Below, in pieces: positions 9,648-17,717 of a stretch of DNA of 64,000 nt; position 1 is the stretch's first letter; every line of letters starts with the position of its first letter. A program made the translations under genes and the position numbers. This DNA is from Phycisphaerales bacterium (GTDB taxonomy: Bacteria > Planctomycetota > Phycisphaerae > Phycisphaerales > SM1A02), in the NCBI GenBank assembly GCA_049318425.1, contig JBMOGJ010000005.1, positions 6,326 through 70,325 of the forward strand, given 5' to 3'. The notes under the pieces are model-generated. The model did no database searches, was not told where the DNA came from, and saw nothing but the letters and a program-made list of their open reading frames with translations.

Positions 9648-11134
9648 AGGTCGAACCCGTCCGCGGTCCCAAGTTCGCAGCGCTCGTGAAGAAGTTCGGG
9701 AGCGGCACGCCTTCGTTCTCCACGCCCGTCCTCAACGGGTGCGATGCCAACGATCCGCTGGCGATCCTCCTGTCGAACTACCTGCTGTGGGAGAGCACGC
9801 CCGCGCTCCTCGCCGAGGCGCTGGAGCGGGTCGCGCGCGTGGTCGTCGACGTCAACGACCTCCGCGTGATGCTCGAGCGCGAGGTCGTCGAGGTCATCGG
9901 CGAGAAGTATCCGTTCGTCGAGGAGCGGGCGCTGCGCCTGCGCGCGACGCTCAACGACATCTTCCGCCGCCAGCACCGGACGTCGCTCGACCATCTCCGC
10001 AACGCGTCGCGGAAGGACCAGCGCGCCTACCTCGAGGGGCTCGCCGAGATCCCGCCGTTCGTGGCGGGGCGCACGCTGCTCGTCGCGTTCGAACTGCCGG
10101 CGCCGATCGCCGACGACACCGCCGTCGAGCTCCTGCACCAGCATGGTGCGGTCGAGCCCGCCGCGACCACCGTCGACGTGGTCCAGTGGATCGGTCGCAC
10201 GCATCGGATCGAGGAACTGCCGAAGGTCCATGACGCCCTGTCGAGGATGTCCGCGGAGGCGTGGACCGCGGCGGGGAAGAACGGCCACAAGATCCGCGGC
10301 GCGTACCTCAGCCGCCACGCCGGGTTCCGCGCCGCCGAGGAGGCGGAGCGCCAGCGTGTCGAGGAGGAGAAGCTCGCCAAGATCCGCGAGGCGGAGCGTC
10401 TCGTCGAGGAGAAGCGCCTCGCCGAGGTCGCGCGCGAGCAGGAGCGCCAGCGCCAGAAGCTCGAGGCCGAGCAGGCCAAGGTGCGTGCCCGCGCCGAGCG
10501 CGAGGCCGCGCGGCTGGCCGCGATCGCGGACCGTGAGCGCAAGATCGCCGCGCGCGAGGCCGATCGGGTCGCCCGCGAGGCGCAGCGCGCGAAGGAAGAG
10601 GCGCGTCGCCAGCAGGAAGCCGAGAAGCTGCGTCTCCGTCGGGAGGCCGCCGCGAAGAAGGCTGAGCTGCTCCGCGCCAAGCGCGAGAAGAAGGCCGCCG
10701 AGCAGAAGGCGAAGCGCGAGCGCAAGGAGCTCGCGCAGCGCCTGAAGCGCGAGAAGGCGCTCGCGGCGAAGCAGAAGGCCGCCGAGGCGGCGCGCAAGAA
10801 GGCGGAGCTCAAGAGCGCCGCCCTCAAGAAGGCTGCGCTGCAGAAGGCTGCCATGAAGCAGGCTGCGGCGAAGAAGGCTGCGGCGGCGAAGGCGTCGTCG
10901 AAGAAGTCCGCGCCGAAGAAGGCTGCGTCGAAGAAGGCTGCTTTGAAGAACGCTGCGTCGGCGAAGGCCTCGTCGAAGGCATCCTCGTCGAAGGCGTCCT
11001 CGAAGACGGCGCCCGCGAAGCGGTCGGTGGCGAAGCCGACGAAGGCGCGGCCGGCCGCGGGCGTGAAGCGCGCGGGCACCAAGGGTGGCGCGAAGCAGCG
11101 TGCGGCGGGCGGCAAGTCCGTGCGTCGACGCTAG
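9644..11134 (+). CDS. Hypothetical protein: EndoIII-like (HhH-GPD-like) N-domain, long E/R/K/A charged helix, histone-H1-like AKS/AKK tail
   Basis: ATGA overlap with the rbfA stop. Approximately the N-terminal 220 aa show an EndoIII-like layout (LAILLSNYLLWEST...LEGLAEIPPFVAGRTLLVAF...PIADDTAVELLHQHG). Approximately residues 225-400 are E/R/K/A-rich. The C-terminus reads KKAAAAKASSKKSAPKKAASKKAALKNAASAKASSK. Confidence 0.7.
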   Translation: MKVEPVRGPKFAALVKKFGSGTPSFSTPVLNGCDANDPLAILLSNYLLWESTPALLAEALERVARVVVDVNDLRVMLEREVVEVIGEKYPFVEERALRLRATLNDIFRRQHRTSLDHLRNASRKDQRAYLEGLAEIPPFVAGRTLLVAFELPAPIADDTAVELLHQHGAVEPAATTVDVVQWIGRTHRIEELPKVHDALSRMSAEAWTAAGKNGHKIRGAYLSRHAGFRAAEEAERQRVEEEKLAKIREAERLVEEKRLAEVAREQERQRQKLEAEQAKVRARAEREAARLAAIADRERKIAAREADRVAREAQRAKEEARRQQEAEKLRLRREAAAKKAELLRAKREKKAAEQKAKRERKELAQRLKREKALAAKQKAAEAARKKAELKSAALKKAALQKAAMKQAAAKKAAAAKASSKKSAPKKAASKKAALKNAASAKASSKASSSKASSKTAPAKRSVAKPTKARPAAGVKRAGTKGGAKQRAAGGKSVRRR

Positions 11135-11397
11135 CCGCTCGTCCCGAGTCGCCGCTCGCCCCGCGTCGCCGCTCGCCTCGCGTCGTCAAGATCCGCGCCG
11201 CGCCGTCCGATCGAGTCCGTCTGCCCTGACCGCCGCCTGAACGACTCCGCATGCGCCCGCTTCCGGTCATCCGTGCGTGCCAGGGACCTGTGACGGTGTC
11301 GCGCGTGGTGTCGTGCGTGGTGTCGTGTGTGGTTTCGCGGAAGTCCGTTCCTGAGCGCTCTGCGAATGACACGGTGGCTCGGGCGGTTCCGTGCCCG

Positions 11398-14300
11398 ATG
11401 GCCGTGATTGTTCGCGCCTCGGTTCCGCTCGCGTTGGCGGTGCTGGTGTCCTGCCAGTCTGCGCCGAGTCGCGCCGAGCATCGCGCCGCCGTCGTCGAGC
11501 GCAGCTTCGAGGCGGATGCGGAGCGCGAACCATCCATCCCGGCGCATCTGCTGCTCGCGCCCGTCGCGGGCGTGGGGGCGGAGCTTGATCCGGCACTGCG
11601 CGCGTCGTCGATCGCGACGTTTCGCACGCCGCTGGGCGCGCGCGAGGCCGTCGAGCCATCGCCCGTCCTCCGCAGGGAACTGACGCGCGTCGCCGAGGCG
11701 CTTGAGCAGGACGACGTCCAGGTCGCGCTGTCGCTCTGCGAGCTTGCCGCGCGCGCGCATCCGGCGGCGGTCGAGCCGCTCGAACTGGCGCTTCTCGCGC
11801 GCATGCGCACCGAGGATGCCGAGGCGGTCACCGCGACCATCGAGCGCATCGGGCGGATCGATCCCGCGAGCCCGTTCTTCGTCGCGTTGCGCGGGATGCG
11901 CGCCGCGAGCGTCGGCGATGCGTCGGCGGCGCTCGGTTCGCTCGCGTGGTTCGTGGGACCGGAGGCGCTTCCGCGCAGGGGTGCGCTCGCGCCGCTCTTC
12001 ACCGCGCCGGGCGAGCTCGAGGAGCAGGCTGCGTTCGCCGCGCTGCGGCTGGGACGTGCGCAGGCTGCGCTCGAGGCGCTGGATGCTGCGATCGATGCTG
12101 CGAGGGAGGCCGGGCGGCGGCAGGGGGCTGGCGACGGCGCCGCGGAGCGTCGTGCATCCGCGCCGCGGCGCGTGGAGGCGCTCGAGCTCCTGCGTGCGGA
12201 TGCGCTGGCGCTGCTCGGGCGCAACGACGAGGCTCTCGACGCACTGACGCCGCTCGCCGACGAACTCTCGCGTGGGCGGACCGAGGATCCCTTGCCGCTG
12301 CTTGCGGCGATTCGGCTCGATGCGATTCGCGCGGTGGGGGCGCGCGTGGACGGCGCCGACGAGCGAGCCGCAGTCGCGGGCGCCGATCCGGCGTCGGAGG
12401 CGATGAGCGACGCGGTGGCCGACGCGGCGACCGACGCGCCACTCGATCGCGCCGTCGCCGACCTGGTGGCGCTGCCCTCCGACGAGCTGCGGCTCTGGCG
12501 CGTGGTGTCGCTCGCCGCGCGCGCGGGACGCGAGGCGCGCACGCGCGCGACCGTCGCGGTGGACGGTGCGCGCGCGACCTTCGGACCGATCCGCCACGCG
12601 CTGCTGCTCGCGGCGTTCGATCCCGCGCGCCGCACGCAGTCGCTCGACGACGCGTGGCTCGAGCTGCGCGACCTCGGCGCGCCGATCGACCGCGCGGCGC
12701 TGCGGCTCACGCTGCGTCATCTTGCGCGCCACAAGCGCGAACGCCTCCTGCCGGTTGCGGCGGTGGTCGCGCAGTGGCGGCCGAACGAGCTCGACGCCGT
12801 CGCGGTGGCGCTGCTCGCGAGCGGCGTCGACGCCGATGCGCTGCTCGACGGGTTGTCCGGGCTCGGTGGGAACCCGGCGGCCACCGCGCTGCGCAGCCGC
12901 ATCGAGTCGCGCTTCGGGTTCGCCGCGCGCGGGCAATCGACCGCGTCCGAGGGGCGGGCGGCGTTTCCTGCGTCGAAGGTGCTGCGCGTCGCCGCGGCGA
13001 TGTCGGCGGTCGACCTCACCGATGCGACGCTGCTCGCCGAGGTCGACGGCGCGGCCCGTGACGACGACGGCTCGATCGACCGGACCTTCGCGCTCGCCTG
13101 GTTCGCGCTGCAGGAGATGCCGACCGCCCGTGCCCGCGCCGAGGACGCGCTCCGTTTCGACGCCCGCGACGATGCGGCGGCGCTGTGCAAGTCGCTTGCG
13201 TCGCTCGAGGATCCCGAGTCGCGCGCGGAGGCGGCGCGGCGCATCCGCGCGTTGGCGGATCGCACCGATTGGATCGGCGCCGAGGCGTGGTCGATGCAGG
13301 GCGAGGTGCGCGCTGCGGAGCCTCGCGCACTCGAGCCGACCCCGGCGGAGGCTCGCGCGGCAGATCCACGCGCGGACGGTAGCGACACCGCGTGGCCTGC
13401 CGCCGCCAGCGCCACGGCGGCGCTGCGCGCGCTCGCCACGTGGTGCGAGTCGCAGCGCATCCCGCTCGCGGCCGAGTGTCTGGCGCTCGCGGAGGAGATC
13501 GACCCCGCGCAGGGCGCCGTGCGCAGCCTGCAGCGACTCTCGATCTCGCCTCAGGCGCCGCCACGATTCGCGGCGTGGAGTCGCGCGGCGATCGCGGAGG
13601 CGCCCGCGTTGCCTGAACGCCGGCTGCTGGGCGTCGCGCGCGCGGCGGTCGCACGCGAGATCCCGGAGGCGCCGCTCTCGGCGCGGTTCGACGCCATCGC
13701 GGCCGCGCCGCGCGAGATCCGTGCGCGGATCGAGCGCGAGGCGCTTGCGCTGCGACCGGCGACGGTGGTGGCGAAGGCGCTCGAGTGCGAGATGCTTGCG
13801 GAGCAGGGCGAATTCGACGCGGCGCTCGCGCGCGTGGACGAGGTGATCGGGACGGGGGCGTCGTCTCCGCCCGCTTCGTCGTCGCCGGCGCCCGACCCCG
13901 CGCCGCTGCCGACGATGGCGGGCAGGCGCGTGCTCGCGACCCTCGTGCGGATCGCGGAGCGCGAGCCCGCGCGTGGCCCCGCGCTGGCCGCGAGGGTCGA
14001 GCCGCTCGTCCTCCGGCTGCGTCGGCTCTCGCCGGCGGATCTGCGCGCCGCCGGCACGGTGCGCATGATGGACGACCCTGGTCCGGGCGCCACGCAGCGC
14101 TGCATGGAGCTGCTCGGCGACCGCGCACGACCGATGCTCGACGCCGAGTGCGACGCGTGCATCGAGATGCTCGGCGCGCTCGCGACGAAGGCCGACGATC
14201 CGTTCGCCTCCGCGGTGCTCGCAGAGCGGCTGTGCATGCAGCGGCGGATCGCGCCCGAGGTCCGCGCGCGGCTGGCGACCGCCGCCGTCGCGCTGCGGGT

Positions 14301-15105
14301 CGGCGCGGGCGCCGATGCCGACGAGACCGTCGCGCTCGTCGACCGGTTGCTCGCCGCCGGCGCCGTGCCGTGGACCGAGACGGTGCTGCGTCCTGCGCGG
14401 ACTCCGTCGGGCGCGCGCGGCGAACTCGCGCCCTCGCGCGGCGAACTCGCGCCCTCGCGCGGCGAACTCGCGCCCTCGCGCGGCGCAGCGCTTGCCCGCG
14501 CGGCGGAGCTCTTCGGCCTCCTCGGGAGCGACGGCGAGTCGCGCGCGCTGCTCGAGGCGGCGCTCATCGCGAGTCCCGACGACGCCGACATCATGAACAG
14601 CGTCGCGTACGCCGACATCGAGGCCGGCGCGATCACCGCGCGCACCGCGTCGCTCGCGGAGCGTGCGGGCCGTGCGCGGCCCGACGATCCCGCCGTCCTC
14701 GACACGATCGGGTGGCTCCGCTACCAGCAGGGACGCTTCCGCGACGATGCGTCCGGCGCGGGCGCGATCTCGATCCTGCGGCAGGCGCTGCGGATCCGAC
14801 CGAGTTCGCCGTCGATCGCGACCCTCGACCATCTCGGCGATGCGCTCTGGCGCGCCGGCGACCAGGAGGGCGCGGTGCGGAGCTGGCAGCAGGTCGGCGT
14901 CGTCGCCCGCCGGCGCTATCCGCCCGAGCTCTTCGGTGAGCGGATGTCGCTGTACCAGCGGCGCACCTTCGGCTTCGAGCTGGTGCCGATCGTGCGCTTC
15001 GTGCGACGCGAGTTCGCGGCGGTCGTCGAGCGGACGCAGCGCAAGCTCGAGCAGGTCGCCGCGGGCACGCCGCCCGAGGTGGCCGAGTGCACGGCGGCGC
15101 GCTGA
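11398..15105 (+). CDS. Large Ala-rich TPR-like lipoprotein (1235 aa), function unknown
   Basis: ORF 11251..15105 trimmed to MAVIVRASVPLALAVLVSCQS (lipobox LVSC). The C-terminal part is TPR-like (AVLDTIGWLRYQQGRF...LDHLGDALWRAGDQEGAVRSWQQV). The opposite-strand 1233-aa ORF is Arg-rich shadow. Confidence 0.65.
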   Translation: MAVIVRASVPLALAVLVSCQSAPSRAEHRAAVVERSFEADAEREPSIPAHLLLAPVAGVGAELDPALRASSIATFRTPLGAREAVEPSPVLRRELTRVAEALEQDDVQVALSLCELAARAHPAAVEPLELALLARMRTEDAEAVTATIERIGRIDPASPFFVALRGMRAASVGDASAALGSLAWFVGPEALPRRGALAPLFTAPGELEEQAAFAALRLGRAQAALEALDAAIDAAREAGRRQGAGDGAAERRASAPRRVEALELLRADALALLGRNDEALDALTPLADELSRGRTEDPLPLLAAIRLDAIRAVGARVDGADERAAVAGADPASEAMSDAVADAATDAPLDRAVADLVALPSDELRLWRVVSLAARAGREARTRATVAVDGARATFGPIRHALLLAAFDPARRTQSLDDAWLELRDLGAPIDRAALRLTLRHLARHKRERLLPVAAVVAQWRPNELDAVAVALLASGVDADALLDGLSGLGGNPAATALRSRIESRFGFAARGQSTASEGRAAFPASKVLRVAAAMSAVDLTDATLLAEVDGAARDDDGSIDRTFALAWFALQEMPTARARAEDALRFDARDDAAALCKSLASLEDPESRAEAARRIRALADRTDWIGAEAWSMQGEVRAAEPRALEPTPAEARAADPRADGSDTAWPAAASATAALRALATWCESQRIPLAAECLALAEEIDPAQGAVRSLQRLSISPQAPPRFAAWSRAAIAEAPALPERRLLGVARAAVAREIPEAPLSARFDAIAAAPREIRARIEREALALRPATVVAKALECEMLAEQGEFDAALARVDEVIGTGASSPPASSSPAPDPAPLPTMAGRRVLATLVRIAEREPARGPALAARVEPLVLRLRRLSPADLRAAGTVRMMDDPGPGATQRCMELLGDRARPMLDAECDACIEMLGALATKADDPFASAVLAERLCMQRRIAPEVRARLATAAVALRVGAGADADETVALVDRLLAAGAVPWTETVLRPARTPSGARGELAPSRGELAPSRGELAPSRGAALARAAELFGLLGSDGESRALLEAALIASPDDADIMNSVAYADIEAGAITARTASLAERAGRARPDDPAVLDTIGWLRYQQGRFRDDASGAGAISILRQALRIRPSSPSIATLDHLGDALWRAGDQEGAVRSWQQVGVVARRRYPPELFGERMSLYQRRTFGFELVPIVRFVRREFAAVVERTQRKLEQVAAGTPPEVAECTAAR
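14419..14481. repeat. Perfect 21-bp x3 in-frame tandem repeat (GELAPSR x3) inside the TPR lipoprotein gene
   Basis: ggcgaactcgcgccctcgcgc occurs three times head to tail without any mismatch. Confidence 0.95.
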
Positions 15106-15176
15106 GCCCGCGCGCGCCGCGCGTCACCCGCGGCGCGGGACGCGCGGTATTCTCCCCGCAGGAGCACGCACGCGGC

Positions 15177-15887
15177 ATGGCTGGACATAGCGCCTGGAAG
15201 AACATCAAGCACCGCAAGGCCGCCGTCGACAAGAAGCGCGGCAAGGTCTGGAGCAAGATCTCGCGTCAGCTCATCGTGGCCGCACAGAAGGGCGGCGGCG
15301 ACCCGGCGTTCAACCCGTCGCTCCGGTTCGCCGTCGATGCGGCGCGCGCCGCGAACATGCCGCGCGACACCATCGAGAAGGCCATCAAGAAGGGAACCGG
15401 CGAGGGCAGCGAGGAGCGCTACGAGCACGCCCGCTACGAGGGCTACGCGCCCGGCGGCGTCGCGCTCATCATCGAGTGCCTCATCGCGAACGCCAACAAG
15501 GCGGCGGCGGACCTCCGCGTCATCCTCGACAAGAACGGCGGCAAGATCGGCGTGCCCGGCTCGGTCGCGTTCGGCTTCTCGCAGAAGGGCCAGGTGATCG
15601 TCGAGGGCGCGACCGAGGAGCGGCTCATGAACTGCTGCCTCGATGCGGGCGCCGAGGACATCCAGGGCGAGGGCGACGTGTTCCAGGTGCTGTGCGCGCC
15701 GAGCGACCTGATGGCGGTGCGGTCGGCGATCGAGTCGGCCGGCATGGCCGTCGACAGCGCCGAGATCGTCTGGGTCCCGATGCAGACGGTGCAGGTCGAC
15801 GAGGTCACGCTCGCGAGCGTGGAGAAGCTCGTCGATCTCATCGAGGATCAGGACGACGTGCAGAAGGTCTACACGAACCTGGCGTGA
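15177..15887 (+). CDS. yebC: YebC/PmpR family DNA-binding transcriptional regulator
   Basis: MAGHSAWKNIKHRKAAVDKKRGKVWSKISRQLIVAAQKGGGDPAFNPSLRFAVDAARAANMPRDTIEKAIKKG is a near-canonical YebC N-terminus. Confidence 0.92.
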   Translation: MAGHSAWKNIKHRKAAVDKKRGKVWSKISRQLIVAAQKGGGDPAFNPSLRFAVDAARAANMPRDTIEKAIKKGTGEGSEERYEHARYEGYAPGGVALIIECLIANANKAAADLRVILDKNGGKIGVPGSVAFGFSQKGQVIVEGATEERLMNCCLDAGAEDIQGEGDVFQVLCAPSDLMAVRSAIESAGMAVDSAEIVWVPMQTVQVDEVTLASVEKLVDLIEDQDDVQKVYTNLA

Positions 15888-15892
15888 ATGCG

Positions 15893-15932
15893 GCGTGGGC
15901 GGACGATGCGATGCGTGGGCGGACGATGCGAT
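15893..15932. repeat. 20-bp x2 direct tandem repeat in a convergent intergenic spacer
   Basis: gcgtgggcggacgatgcgat is repeated exactly, followed by a partial third copy (gcgt). Confidence 0.9.
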
Positions 15933-15970
15933 GCGTCGCGGCGCCGTTCGGCGACCGCGTGCCCGCGGGC

Positions 15971-16525
15971 TCACTCCGGGAGCTGCTCGGGCGCGGCTTC
16001 CGGAGTGGCTTCTGGAGCGCTCGCGGGGGTGCTGTCCGCTTGCGGCGCTGCCGGCGCCGGCGCGGGAGCGGTCTCGGCGGCGGGCGTCACGCCCGCGGGC
16101 GAGCCGAGCACGGAGCGCATCTGCAGGAAGTAGCGGTCGGCCTCGGTCCACACATGGGCCGCGACGGCGAACTGGCGCGCGGTGAACTGCACATCGGGCG
16201 CGCCGAGCTCCGGGTCGTGGCCGAGCGCGATCTGGAACTTCCACTCGCGCTCCTCGGGACGCGCGGGGGAGTGCGGGGTCACGAGCGTGCGCTTGAGCAC
16301 GCGGTAGATCTCGATGCGCCGGGTCGCCTCGTCGGCGTAGACCTGGTTGTCCATCACCTTCCAGTCGTCGTAGGCCGGCGACTTGGCGGAGGCGACCATG
16401 GCGGTCCACAGCTGGTCGTCGCCGTAACCCTCGAAGACCTGGGTGCGGGTGGTGCAGCCGACCCCGGCCGCAACGAAGGTCGCGCCGAGGAGCAGGGTGG
16501 TGAAGGGATTCGACGAGGTGCGCAT
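15971..16525 (-). CDS. Hypothetical lipoprotein (184 aa) with a Pro/Ala-rich C-terminal tail
   Basis: ORF 15971..16702 trimmed to MRTSSNPFTTLLLGATFVAAGVGCTT (lipobox). High GC3. No family recognised. Confidence 0.6.
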   Translation of the reverse strand: MRTSSNPFTTLLLGATFVAAGVGCTTRTQVFEGYGDDQLWTAMVASAKSPAYDDWKVMDNQVYADEATRRIEIYRVLKRTLVTPHSPARPEEREWKFQIALGHDPELGAPDVQFTARQFAVAAHVWTEADRYFLQMRSVLGSPAGVTPAAETAPAPAPAAPQADSTPASAPEATPEAAPEQLPE

Positions 16526-16683
16526 GGATGGTCTCCGAGGAAGGGGCCGGACGAGCCCGGCCCGCCGGGGTTGGAGGTGACGGGCTATCGGCAAACTCAG
16601 GGCGCTCGGCACACAAGCGGGGAGGCCGAACCGGCGCGCGGACGACGCTGCAACGGACTCCATCGTCCCGTACCCTGCCTCCC

Positions 16684-17463
16684 ATGCATGCCCCGACCCC
16701 ATCCGAGGACCGTCTGCAGCCCCCCGAGACGAAGGGCGGCGGCGTGAAGCGCGACCCGCGGCTCGTCGCGAGCGGCATCCTCGGCGTGGTCTGGGTGACC
16801 GCGCCCCCGATCGCCGGCACCTACCTGCTGGTCAAGATCGGTGCGATCGGCGACCTGTTGCGGCAGGACCTGTCGCTCGGGTTCTGGGCCTATGTCGCGG
16901 TGTTCGCGGTCAGCGCAGGGCTCGGCGTCCTGCCCACCTACGCCCAGGCGATCCTCGGTGGCTGGGTGTTCGGCATGTGGGCCGGGCTCGGCGGCGCGCT
17001 CCTCGGGTTCATCGGCGGCGCGGCGATCGGAATGCTCTTCTCGCGCCTGGTCTCCGGGCCGAGCGTGGAGCGCTGGATCGACGGCAATCCGCGTGCGCGC
17101 ACCGTGCGCCGGGCGCTCATCGGCGGCACCGTGGCGCGCACCTTCGGGATCATCGCGCTCGTGCGCCTGCCGCCCAACTCGCCGTTCGCCATCACCAACC
17201 TCGCGCTCGGCACCACGGGAGTCTCGTTCTGGATCGCGCTCTCCGCGACGGCGGTGGGCATGCTGCCGCGCACCGCGATCGCCTGCTTCTTCGCGAGCCA
17301 CGCGGCGGGCACGGGGGCGGAGGACATCCAGGCGCTCATCAAGGACCAGGGCTGGGTGGCGGTCGTCGTCGGGTTCGTGGTCATGGCCGCCTGCGTCGCC
17401 GTGATCGGCAGCGTCGCCAAGCGCGCACTCGACCGGATGACGGTCGAGGGAGGCGCGGCGTGA
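16684..17463 (+). CDS. TVP38/TMEM64 (DedA-related) family membrane protein
   Basis: Multi-pass membrane protein with LPTYAQAILGGWVFGMWAGLGGALLGFIGGAAIGMLFSR, typical of the SNARE-associated/TVP38 family. Start taken at the ATG at 16684. Confidence 0.7.
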   Translation: MHAPTPSEDRLQPPETKGGGVKRDPRLVASGILGVVWVTAPPIAGTYLLVKIGAIGDLLRQDLSLGFWAYVAVFAVSAGLGVLPTYAQAILGGWVFGMWAGLGGALLGFIGGAAIGMLFSRLVSGPSVERWIDGNPRARTVRRALIGGTVARTFGIIALVRLPPNSPFAITNLALGTTGVSFWIALSATAVGMLPRTAIACFFASHAAGTGAEDIQALIKDQGWVAVVVGFVVMAACVAVIGSVAKRALDRMTVEGGAA

Positions 17464-17717
17464 GCGCGGAGCCGAGGCAGAACCGTCTCGGGCTCGCGCT
17501 GTTCGTGCTCTACACCGCGCTGTATGCGGCGTTCGTCGCGGTCGCCGCGTTCGGGACCTTCCGTGGCGGCGCCGCGGAGGGCGGCCTCGCGGCTCCCGCG
17601 TTCGGCGGGCTGAACTGGGCGGTGGTCTCCGGATTCGCGCTGATCCTCGGGGCGTTCGTGCTCGCGGTGCTGTACGCGGTGTTCGCGCGTCCCGCCGAGG
17701 AACGGAGCGACGCGTGA
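17460..17717 (+). CDS. DUF485 (YjcH-like) small membrane protein
   Basis: 85 aa with two hydrophobic helices. It lies immediately upstream of the actP-like symporter and overlaps it by GTGA, the classic yjcH-actP arrangement. The GTG start at 17460 overlaps the previous stop. Confidence 0.7.
   Translation: MSAEPRQNRLGLALFVLYTALYAAFVAVAAFGTFRGGAAEGGLAAPAFGGLNWAVVSGFALILGAFVLAVLYAVFARPAEERSDA

Noticed and set aside
11251-11397. ATG at 11251 as the start of the TPR lipoprotein (N-terminus MRPLPVIRACQG…VVSCVVSCVVS).
   Set aside because: The extra 49 codons are encoded by a 12-bp tandem repeat and lack signal-peptide character. The Met at 11398 is followed by a clean lipoprotein signal.
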